From positions 1-40,196 of the IMG/VR virus record IMGVR_UViG_3300029171_000021: 40,196 nt of DNA; one strand, given 5' to 3'. Shown one piece after another: positions 15,400-22,306 of this stretch. Source of the stretch: a virus. Numbering within the stretch: the first letter of the stretch is position 1; each line of letters starts with the position of its first letter. A model generated the notes under the pieces. That model was not told the DNA's origin. It searched no databases and worked only from the letters and a program-made list of their open reading frames with translations. The position numbers were made by a program, and so were the translations under genes.

Positions 15400-15824
15400 G
15401 TAAACTAAAACCAAAATTCAGTGCTATCGTAACAAATGGCAAACTAATACTAGATGATGCCATAGCCTTTCTGTCTCAGTTGAGATCAATGGAAGGTAAA
15501 CAGATAGTGCTGACTTTGGAATATAAGAAGAAGTTACGCTCCCTGAAAGAGAATAAGTACTATTGGGGTGTAATTATTGCCATATTATCGGACTGGTCTG
15601 GTGAGGAAGATGCAGAGGTTATACATGATGCTCTTAAGCGAAAATTTCTTACTAGCAGAGCTTATAAGGACTTGATCTTCACTGAAAGCACAACTAATTT
15701 GTCAACAACAGAATTTGAAGAATATTGCGCTAAGATTAGACAATGGGCTAGCCTGGAGCACAGCGTATATATCCCGTTACCAAACGAACCAATTTCACAC
15801 CAAATATATGAAGAAGGTATCTAA
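15396..15824 (+). CDS. NinB/Orf-like recombination protein (142 aa)
   Basis: LRSLKENKYYWGVI ... ESTTNLSTTEFEEYCAKIRQWASLEHSVYIP parallels lambda NinB as I recall it (RSLDQNRKLWACL ... STSRMRVGEFAELLELIQAFGTERGV). Recognised by pattern only. Confidence 0.45.
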   Translation: MSKLKPKFSAIVTNGKLILDDAIAFLSQLRSMEGKQIVLTLEYKKKLRSLKENKYYWGVIIAILSDWSGEEDAEVIHDALKRKFLTSRAYKDLIFTESTTNLSTTEFEEYCAKIRQWASLEHSVYIPLPNEPISHQIYEEGI

Positions 15825-16125
15825 ACTATTAGGGGAGGTAAGAGAGATTCTAGCCGAAACGCCAGAGTCAAGAAACAATGACGTTCTGCTTATCAGAGCC
15901 GTGCTTGTAACTTACTATCCAGAGCATGTACAATTTGGCACTAAGTCGGCAAAGCCATTTCTTGATCTGACTAACGAAGAGGCTGTAGGCATGTTCAGCA
16001 AGATAGAACGCTGCAGAAGGAAGATTCAGGAGACAGAATTCATGCCTACTAACTGGCTTGTAGCAAAGAGAAGAAGAATAGCAGAGACAACTTGGAGAGC
16101 GTATATGACATTTAATAATAACTAA
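15808..16125 (+). CDS. Hypothetical protein (105 aa)
   Basis: Track ORF 15715..16125 trimmed to ATG 15808 (MKKVSKLLGE...), overlapping the previous gene by 17 nt. Confidence 0.45.
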   Translation: MKKVSKLLGEVREILAETPESRNNDVLLIRAVLVTYYPEHVQFGTKSAKPFLDLTNEEAVGMFSKIERCRRKIQETEFMPTNWLVAKRRRIAETTWRAYMTFNNN

Positions 16126-16144
16126 TTTTTAACTTTATAAGTTT

Positions 16145-16534
16145 ATGGCAAATAAAAATCAAGAGGGTAAAACATTCAAAATAGTAGGCAAGGATATTTC
16201 AGACGGTTATCATACATTTGATGAACTGTATGAACATAGAATAGCTTTGTTTATTGCTTTGTGCAGGTCAATAACTGCTATGCAGGATTTTCATGAGTTG
16301 ACCACAGGAGGCAAGAAAAAACCTATTGTTTGGAGATCAGAGAAGCATTCTGATGGTACATCTATGAAAGGTTGGTTTATAATGGGAATTTTAAAAAGCC
16401 ATGGAGAACAAATAACTTATCATTTACCTATGGACAGATGGCTTGCTTGTGGGTTTGCAGAAACACTTGATCAAGCCCCTGAGTTTGATGGGCATACTTC
16501 AGAAGATGTAGTTAGAAGATTAAATCTTTTATAA
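16145..16534 (+). CDS. Hypothetical phage protein (129 aa), resembles the family I know as WDGH-domain proteins
   Basis: DGYHTFDELYEHRIALF ... WRSEKHSDG ... WFIMGI ... QITYHLP ... FDGHTSEDV. Function unknown and the family name is from memory only. Confidence 0.5.
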   Translation: MANKNQEGKTFKIVGKDISDGYHTFDELYEHRIALFIALCRSITAMQDFHELTTGGKKKPIVWRSEKHSDGTSMKGWFIMGILKSHGEQITYHLPMDRWLACGFAETLDQAPEFDGHTSEDVVRRLNLL

Positions 16535-16536
16535 TT

Positions 16537-16794
16537 ATGACTCAACTAATATTTGGCGATCCAGAAAGCATTAAGCTGGCAAAAGAAGGTGAAATACCTG
16601 CAGATCTAGAGGATAAAGAAACTGAGATAGATGAAGTAGAAGGCTGTGAAGATGCTTGTCCACACTGTGATCATACTGGATACGAATGTGCGAACTGTGG
16701 AGCTTACTCAGAAGCAATCAATGAATTATGGCTCATTGATCTTGAACAGAATAAACGCTGCAAACATTGTAAATATAAATTCAAATACGTATGA
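16537..16794 (+). CDS. Small acidic zinc-ribbon protein (85 aa)
   Basis: CPHC ... CANC ... CKHC cysteine pairs. Confidence 0.45.
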   Translation: MTQLIFGDPESIKLAKEGEIPADLEDKETEIDEVEGCEDACPHCDHTGYECANCGAYSEAINELWLIDLEQNKRCKHCKYKFKYV

Positions 16795-17039
16795 AGAAAA
16801 TCAAATGCCCAAATTGTGAAGAGAAGATTATCATTTATCCTAAATGCGAACACTGCAAGAAGGATATCAAGAGAGGCGTTGGCCTTCTGAATATGTACGT
16901 TCAAAGCCCTACTAACAAGTATCAAGGCAGTGGACGCTATTGGAGAGAGTGGACAAAATGCAGGCTTTGCCCTTCTTGCTACAAGAAAGCTATAGTCAAG
17001 CTCAAGGAAATATTTGGTTTCATAGCATCAAGCAAATGA
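16791..17039 (+). CDS. Small basic zinc-ribbon protein (82 aa)
   Basis: CPNC ... CEHC ... CPSC cysteine pairs. ATGA overlap with the upstream gene. Confidence 0.45.
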   Translation: MKKIKCPNCEEKIIIYPKCEHCKKDIKRGVGLLNMYVQSPTNKYQGSGRYWREWTKCRLCPSCYKKAIVKLKEIFGFIASSK

Positions 17040-17350
17040 AAGAGAACTTCACAACTAGGCCATATAAGAATGATACAGCCCTGACGGGCAAGAACCTTAA
17101 AAAGGCTATCAAGTATCTCAAAGATATGCAGGAACGGACTTGGAGAGTTATTAACAGATATACCTACAAGGGCAAGGGAAGACCAAAGAAGAGCGACTAC
17201 AGAGAAATGACAGCATGGGAGATAAGTAGAATGCACGCTGATATAAGAATGGCGAAGCTATTCAATGGAGCTTTCAAGACAAGCTATGTTTTTAAAGGTA
17301 AGCCACTATGCGCACAGAAGCACTATATTGATAAAACAATAACATCATGA
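17036..17350 (+). CDS. Hypothetical basic protein (104 aa)
   Basis: Trimmed to ATG 17036 (MKENFTTRPY...), which overlaps the previous stop as ATGA. Contains an AT-hook-like GKGRPKK. Confidence 0.45.
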   Translation: MKENFTTRPYKNDTALTGKNLKKAIKYLKDMQERTWRVINRYTYKGKGRPKKSDYREMTAWEISRMHADIRMAKLFNGAFKTSYVFKGKPLCAQKHYIDKTITS

Positions 17351-17658
17351 GCGAATCATTTGGACAAAAACTACACCCCATACTTCAGGAACTCAATGAT
17401 GCACTTTGGGAAAGAGAAGCTAATCTTCCTAACACTCCTCATGATTTTACTGAAAATGATATTCTCTTTGCTTCCAAGATATTCACTGCTGTGCTGTGGG
17501 ATTTTCTTTACAAGAAGCAAGAAACAGAAGGGATTTGTATGGACGATAGCCTGGAAGAGGTAAGAGCTGCAGGAGTGGCTATACGAGCGCTTGTATTTCA
17601 GTTTACAGGCAAAGACCCTCATCATTTAATGAAACAATACCTCAATGAAACAAAGTAA
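17347..17658 (+). CDS. Hypothetical protein (103 aa)
   Basis: ATGA overlap at 17347. No motif recognised. Confidence 0.45.
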   Translation: MSESFGQKLHPILQELNDALWEREANLPNTPHDFTENDILFASKIFTAVLWDFLYKKQETEGICMDDSLEEVRAAGVAIRALVFQFTGKDPHHLMKQYLNETK

Positions 17659-17908
17659 ACGAGAAAAAAGATGGGGCAGCAAAGCTGATTATATGGAAGT
17701 TTGCCGTGAGATTTGGGAGGAAAGAAATCATGCTTGCGAACGCTGTGGTCGGCTAATACAAGAGCCAAGATGGCACAACTTTAATCATAAGGAAGGCAGA
17801 ACCAAGAACTTTATGAATAAGGACACGATAGAGCTTGTTTGCTTCGTATGTCATAGTGCTTACCACGGCATCAAAGAGAAGAATGGGGAATGGCTCGATA
17901 ACTATTAA
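17645..17908 (+). CDS. HNH endonuclease-like protein (87 aa)
   Basis: CERCG ... HNFNHKEGR ... N ... CFVCHSAYH gives the C-x-x-C ... H-N ... N ... C-x-x-C-H-x-x-x-H pattern of HNH nucleases. Confidence 0.6.
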   Translation: MKQSKREKRWGSKADYMEVCREIWEERNHACERCGRLIQEPRWHNFNHKEGRTKNFMNKDTIELVCFVCHSAYHGIKEKNGEWLDNY

Positions 17909-17933
17909 CATTTTTATAATTCATAAAAACTAT

Positions 17934-18260
17934 ATGACAAAGACAGTAAAAAGAGACAGACAGTTTAGCAGTAGTAAAATGCTGCTAGATACAACAGGGC
18001 TTGCGGAAGTAAGGGAAGCAAGGGGAATAAGCCGTTATATGCTCCAAAACTACCTGCGTTTCCGTCACCCTTATGTGCAGCAAGTAGAAGCAGGCAGAGT
18101 GAAAGTCAATATTCCAAGATTGGCAGCTATTTGTGTTGCCCTTGGCTGCCAGCCAGAAGAGCTTGTGAAACTCAACTTTGAGGCTGTGAAAGACCAAATG
18201 GCTGAGTTACGTAAAAAAGGTTTGACTTCAATTTCAGAACGTGACATAATTAAGTCATAA
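17934..18260 (+). CDS. XRE-family helix-turn-helix DNA-binding protein (108 aa)
   Basis: Trimmed to ATG 17934. GISRYMLQNYLRFRHPYVQQVEAGRVKVNIPRLAAICVALGCQPEELV fits HTH_3 (Cro/CI-type). It is the only recognisable transcription regulator in the genome. Confidence 0.6.
   Translation: MTKTVKRDRQFSSSKMLLDTTGLAEVREARGISRYMLQNYLRFRHPYVQQVEAGRVKVNIPRLAAICVALGCQPEELVKLNFEAVKDQMAELRKKGLTSISERDIIKS
18222..18250 (+). promoter_or_regulatory. Sigma70-like promoter P5 (TTGACT-N17-CATAAT); conserved 30-bp element embedded in the 3' end of the XRE-like gene
   Basis: tttgacttcaatttcagaacgtgacataat at 18221..18250, 33 nt upstream of ATG 18284. Confidence 0.6.
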
Positions 18261-18283
18261 GAATACTTTAACAAACAAATCTT

Positions 18284-18466
18284 ATGACAAAGAAAGACTA
18301 CACCTTGATTGCAGAAGCATTTTCAGCAGCAAGAGAAAAATGTACTGCTATGGGAGAGAATGACTTTTCTACACTTGATGAGGCTATCTTCTTTATGGCA
18401 GAAAGTTTAGCAGCTGAGAATCCTAAATTTGACAGAGACAGATTCGAAGAAGCTTGTCTTAAATAA
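18284..18466 (+). CDS. Hypothetical protein (60 aa)
   Basis: ORF downstream of P5, preceded by an aacaaacaaatctt leader. Confidence 0.4.
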   Translation: MTKKDYTLIAEAFSAAREKCTAMGENDFSTLDEAIFFMAESLAAENPKFDRDRFEEACLK

Positions 18467-18488
18467 TCATAACTTAACAAACAAATAT

Positions 18489-19058
18489 ATGCACGCATCT
18501 TGTTTAATCATTATCAAAGCTGACCTCAAAGACGGCACGCCAGAGGAATACGTATCAATGGCCATGAATCCCTTTCAGGAAGAAGACGGCAATGGCTGGT
18601 GGGATTGGTTCGTTATTGGTGGAAGGTGGAGCGGACACTTGGAGCAAATCAAGCTGAATCAGAAGAAGCTCAAAGACTTTTGGAAGGAATTCGAAGCACA
18701 GGGCTTAGGCTGGATTGGCAAAGATAAGCCAGAAGCACTTCAGAACTCGAGAATGAAGACATTATGGAAAAGTATCTTTGGAGAAGATTCTACACCACTT
18801 GTAGGTCGTGATAGATATGATGGAGTATATGAAGACGATCAGCAGGAAGTGAAGAATTTTACAAAAGCACAATTAAAAATCCTAAACACAGCCTCAGTAG
18901 TTATCATGGGGGAAGAGAGAATAGAAGATCACCACGCTGAAAAATGGACTGGCCATTCTTGGGAAAGTGATCCAAAATGGGATGCAGAATATTACGACAG
19001 ATTTCTGGCCAAACTTGAGCCAGAAGACAGACTGGTAATAGTTGACTATCACTCATAA
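18489..19058 (+). CDS. Hypothetical protein (189 aa) with WWDWFVIGGRWSG motif
   Basis: Trimmed to ATG 18489, preceded by aacaaacaaatat. No function recognised. Confidence 0.5.
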   Translation: MHASCLIIIKADLKDGTPEEYVSMAMNPFQEEDGNGWWDWFVIGGRWSGHLEQIKLNQKKLKDFWKEFEAQGLGWIGKDKPEALQNSRMKTLWKSIFGEDSTPLVGRDRYDGVYEDDQQEVKNFTKAQLKILNTASVVIMGEERIEDHHAEKWTGHSWESDPKWDAEYYDRFLAKLEPEDRLVIVDYHS

Positions 19059-19059
19059 C

Positions 19060-19290
19060 ATGAATCAGAGACATGAATTGGAACAGGAATATGTCAGGTT
19101 AGTAGCAGCAAATAAAGCAATAGGAGAAATGCCACCATCAGACGAGAGAGCAGCAGCAAGATGCAAGGTAGATAAGATCAAGAATTATATAATCTACTCA
19201 GATAAGCTCATCAGCGAACGCAAAGATGTTGGTGTAATCATGGATAGAATTCATGAATTAATAGACGAATTAATAACAAGTATAGCATGA
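19060..19290 (+). CDS. Hypothetical protein (76 aa)
   Basis: The track start 19042 is a TTG. Trimmed to ATG 19060 (MNQRHELEQ...), 1 nt after the previous stop. Confidence 0.45.
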   Translation: MNQRHELEQEYVRLVAANKAIGEMPPSDERAAARCKVDKIKNYIIYSDKLISERKDVGVIMDRIHELIDELITSIA

Positions 19291-19586
19291 CACTTACACA
19301 AGAAGAAAGAGACTATAGGCTGTCAATGTATACTCAGTTCTGCAATCTGGATTCCTGCCTACAAGAGTTAGGCGATGGGGCAGTGCAGATAGAAGATGAA
19401 TTTGACGATGATAGAACGTGGTATCATAATTTTTGTTCGGAAGAGTGTCTGGACAAATTTTTACAAAATAAAACTCAAATGTATGAAGAAAGCGACATTG
19501 CAAGAATGGAAGGGAGCAGAGGAAACAAAGAAGGCTCAGCAGCTACAGGAGAGACAGGAAGCGGAAGCGAAGAAGAAAGAAGCTGA
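19287..19586 (+). CDS. Hypothetical Cys-containing acidic protein (99 aa)
   Basis: ATGA overlap at 19287. Its last ~35 codons overlap the next ORF in another frame. Confidence 0.4.
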   Translation: MTLTQEERDYRLSMYTQFCNLDSCLQELGDGAVQIEDEFDDDRTWYHNFCSEECLDKFLQNKTQMYEESDIARMEGSRGNKEGSAATGETGSGSEEERS

Positions 19587-19749
19587 ATTTAATCTCAAGA
19601 CATATGATTACGCTGTACTCAAAGAAGGAAAGATCGAACACAGAACACCACATTTACAAGAAGCAATTAACCTAGCCAGAACCATCAACGCAAAAGTTTG
19701 GTGGGCTGTTGAAGGTGATCTAGTAAGTGAAGTATCACTAACAAAATAA
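19483..19749 (+). CDS. Hypothetical protein (88 aa)
   Basis: Track ORF 19396..19749 trimmed to ATG 19483 (MKKATLQEWKG...). Overlaps 19287..19586 by 104 nt. Confidence 0.4.
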   Translation: MKKATLQEWKGAEETKKAQQLQERQEAEAKKKEAEFNLKTYDYAVLKEGKIEHRTPHLQEAINLARTINAKVWWAVEGDLVSEVSLTK

Positions 19750-19751
19750 CA

Positions 19752-19988
19752 ATGCACATAACTCATAATAGTAATAATGACTGGAGAGAGGAAGCCCAAA
19801 TATTAGGTGTTGATCCTCAATTAATTACTTGGATTGCAGCCGTCATTAAAGATGAACGCACAAAAGCAGCAAAGGAAATAGAAGAAGTACAGAGACATCT
19901 ACAATCTAGGCGCTTTGATTCTATGCCAGTTATAGAGCTACAAAGTATGCTAGATGCAATTAGAGAATCTTTATTATTTCGTCAATAA
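19752..19988 (+). CDS. Hypothetical protein (78 aa)
   Basis: ORF preceded by an aacaaaataaca leader. Confidence 0.45.
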   Translation: MHITHNSNNDWREEAQILGVDPQLITWIAAVIKDERTKAAKEIEEVQRHLQSRRFDSMPVIELQSMLDAIRESLLFRQ

Positions 19989-19996
19989 ACAAAACA

Positions 19997-20605
19997 ATGA
20001 GAGAACAAATAAAAACCTATCACGAATTCAAAGCTACACCAGAAGGACAAAAACTATACAAATCACCACGCTGGGGAAAGTTTAAACCAGCTCACGTTAA
20101 TCTTCACCAATGGGAGAATCTCTTAGGTGCTGACGTGAACAATATGAAGCACATGCTATTAACAGCAATATTAACAGGTCTGGCCATTCCTGAAGTCGGA
20201 GTGACTAAGGCAGAAGGGGAAGTTTTGTTATGGACAGCTATTACTCATGACTGGGCAGAAGCCGTAGTAGGTGATATTCCATTATATGATAAGACTGCAT
20301 CAGCTGAGCAAAGAGAACACGCTATTCTTAGACAGATGCTAGAGGCCAGATTGCCTAAGCAGGCTAATGGAATTATGGACGTGATTGGCGATACTCAGAG
20401 CAAGCTTGGAAAGATATTCCAAGGCATTGAGTTTGTTGGCTATGTCAGGACTCAACGCAAAGCAGGAGAGATAGCACACATGGTTAGAGATGAAGAATTA
20501 CAGGATAATCTGATAGCAATGTCGAAGACCAACATAGAACGCAACACCAAGATGGCCTATGCCAGATTACCAGTTGTGACTGTTGAGGGCTTGTTTAAGA
20601 GTTAG
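19997..20605 (+). CDS. HD-domain phosphohydrolase, YfbR-like 5'-deoxynucleotidase family (202 aa)
   Basis: NNMKHMLLTA ... LLWTAITHDWAEAVVGDIP gives H ... HD-x-x-E-x-x-x-GD-x-P as in the HD_3/YfbR family. Confidence 0.6.
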   Translation: MREQIKTYHEFKATPEGQKLYKSPRWGKFKPAHVNLHQWENLLGADVNNMKHMLLTAILTGLAIPEVGVTKAEGEVLLWTAITHDWAEAVVGDIPLYDKTASAEQREHAILRQMLEARLPKQANGIMDVIGDTQSKLGKIFQGIEFVGYVRTQRKAGEIAHMVRDEELQDNLIAMSKTNIERNTKMAYARLPVVTVEGLFKS

Positions 20606-20615
20606 ACAAAAACAT

Positions 20616-20644
20616 TTGACTTTAATTTTCAAACGTGACATAAT
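20616..20644 (+). promoter_or_regulatory. Sigma70-like promoter P3 (TTGACT-N17-CATAAT with TGn extension); conserved 30-bp element
   Basis: tttgactttaattttcaaacgtgacataat at 20615..20644, 32 nt upstream of ATG 20677. Confidence 0.65.
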
Positions 20645-20676
20645 ATAATGATATCTATCATTTAACAAAAACAAAT

Positions 20677-20790
20677 ATGAAAGATCACAGTCCAGTACGA
20701 CAGATCATTAGAGCAATCACAATACTGCTCGTAATATGGACTATAATTATCGTTCCATTGGCAATTGCTCAAATCTTAAACATTATATAA
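20677..20790 (+). CDS. Small single-pass membrane protein (37 aa)
   Basis: Hand-translated: MKDHSPVRQIIRAITILLVIWTIIIVPLAIAQILNII. Preceded by an aacaaaaacaaat leader. First ORF after P3. Confidence 0.35.
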   Translation: MKDHSPVRQIIRAITILLVIWTIIIVPLAIAQILNII

Positions 20791-20807
20791 ATAAACAAAA
20801 CAAATAT

Positions 20808-21179
20808 ATGAAAATCACTAAAGAAAACTTGAATAACTTTGCTAATACTAAATTTGGCAAATTCGTAATGGCAGTAGGAATGTTCGCAGCAGCTATGACT
20901 GTGTTATATTCTCTTGGAGGATATTCCAGCAAGACAGATGCAAGAGATGCTTATATCCCACAAGCGCCTGCAGCAGAAGCAGCTTATAACAAAGCAATCT
21001 CTGACCTGCAAGTTCAAGCTGTCAATATCTGCAACAAGCAGCTCAAAGACAAAGCTAGCGCAAAGATTAATGATGAATTGAATTCCAGCGCAAAAGAAGA
21101 TCCACAAATGGATACTTGGAACGCTATCCGCAAAGCAGATTGCACTAAAGCCAAAGTAACTGTAGAATGGGGTTTTTAG
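20808..21179 (+). CDS. N-terminally membrane-anchored protein (123 aa)
   Basis: Trimmed to ATG 20808 (MKITKENLNN...). TM segment FGKFVMAVGMFAAAMTVLYSLGGY followed by a soluble helical region. Confidence 0.5.
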   Translation: MKITKENLNNFANTKFGKFVMAVGMFAAAMTVLYSLGGYSSKTDARDAYIPQAPAAEAAYNKAISDLQVQAVNICNKQLKDKASAKINDELNSSAKEDPQMDTWNAIRKADCTKAKVTVEWGF

Positions 21180-21601
21180 TTGGCCAGTCGGAAAAGCCGA
21201 AAACCGACACTCAATCTCTTAAGCCAATTGACAATGAACCTAAAAGACCAGCTGCTGATATCAAAGCGCCTGTACAATCAAGCCCTGCACCTAGCAAGGC
21301 AGTCAGCACAGCCTTTGACGTTAGTAGACTCTGTAGAGCAATCGCAGAACACGAAACACACAATTGCAGAGATGGAGGAAACTCAGTAGCCGTAAATAAC
21401 TGTCACGGCTTCAGGGTGGCAGGCAAATTTTTGCCTTTTAAGGACAAAGCAGACAGTTATGCTAAATGTGAGAGACTGTGGATGTCAGGAGCATATTCAG
21501 GCGGTTTGCCAACTCTTGCTGACGCAAAGAAATACTCAGGCAATGACAGAGCCACCACTTGGCAGAAGAATGTAACTCACTTCTATTACACTCTAAAATA
21601 G
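21167..21601 (+). CDS. Hypothetical protein (144 aa), Cys/His-containing C-terminal domain
   Basis: ORF overlapping the previous stop by 13 nt. Contains RLCRAIAEHETHNCRDGGNSVAVNNCHGF. Function not recognised. Confidence 0.45.
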   Translation: MGFLVGQSEKPKTDTQSLKPIDNEPKRPAADIKAPVQSSPAPSKAVSTAFDVSRLCRAIAEHETHNCRDGGNSVAVNNCHGFRVAGKFLPFKDKADSYAKCERLWMSGAYSGGLPTLADAKKYSGNDRATTWQKNVTHFYYTLK

Positions 21602-21604
21602 AAG

Positions 21605-21633
21605 TTGACATAGATACTATTAGCAGACATAAT
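21605..21633 (+). promoter_or_regulatory. Sigma70-like promoter P4 (TTGACA-N17-CATAAT)
   Basis: TTGACA at 21605..21610, exact 17-nt spacer, CATAAT at 21628..21633, 26 nt upstream of ATG 21660. Confidence 0.6.
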
Positions 21634-21659
21634 TATACTAACAAATAACAAACATACAG

Positions 21660-21821
21660 ATGAATCATAAGCCAGACGAAACACTAAACCAATTCAATAA
21701 CTATCGCACTGCACTAGAACGTGAAGCATGGCTAGCAGGATATAAGAAAGGACAGCAGGAAGTGCGAGACAAAATTCAATCGTTTATAGATCAACATTTA
21801 ACCAAACCAAAACATGATTGA
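21660..21821 (+). CDS. Hypothetical small protein (53 aa)
   Basis: Hand-translated: MNHKPDETLNQFNNYRTALEREAWLAGYKK...KPKHD. Its stop overlaps the next ATG region (21814). Confidence 0.35.
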   Translation: MNHKPDETLNQFNNYRTALEREAWLAGYKKGQQEVRDKIQSFIDQHLTKPKHD

Positions 21822-22128
21822 TGAAACAATCGAACAATTGGCTCAGGTCGCTCTTGAGATGACTGCGAGCTTACGTAGCCAGCCAGATATTGACGTAGAT
21901 ATAGATAGTGAAGCCAATGAAGTAGCCTTCACAGTGAAAGGGGATTTCAGCGATAAGGCACAAGTGTCTGATGATGTTGACTTCCATCTGCTGAGAGAGG
22001 CTGCTGAACAGAGAGGCTACTCACTGGAAGAGGTTAAATTTGAGCCGAACGAAGCAGATCCAACACTTGGGGAGCTTAGCTTTATCTGCAAGATCAAACA
22101 AGCAGAGAATCCAGAAGCAACAGTATAA
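21814..22128 (+). CDS. Highly acidic protein (104 aa)
   Basis: About 25 Asp/Glu versus 8 Lys/Arg by my count, including DIDVDIDSE and SDDVDF runs. Confidence 0.5.
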   Translation: MIDETIEQLAQVALEMTASLRSQPDIDVDIDSEANEVAFTVKGDFSDKAQVSDDVDFHLLREAAEQRGYSLEEVKFEPNEADPTLGELSFICKIKQAENPEATV

Positions 22129-22140
22129 TTATAGACGACC

Positions 22141-22302
22141 ATGAATAAGAACAATGACGGCGCTAAGAACATACGTTCAGCCCTACAACAAGCACAATCA
22201 GAAGCAGACAAATGGCAGAAAGAGAATCCAGGCAAGCAATTACCTAGAACCCTGCAAAATAATCTGCTTCTGGCTGAAAAACTAGAAGAAGAAATTAACT
22301 GA
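22141..22302 (+). CDS. Hypothetical small protein (53 aa)
   Basis: Hand-translated: MNKNNDGAKNIRSALQQAQSEADKWQKENPGKQLPRTLQNNLLLAEKLEEEIN. Confidence 0.35.
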   Translation: MNKNNDGAKNIRSALQQAQSEADKWQKENPGKQLPRTLQNNLLLAEKLEEEIN

Positions 22303-22306
22303 TCCA

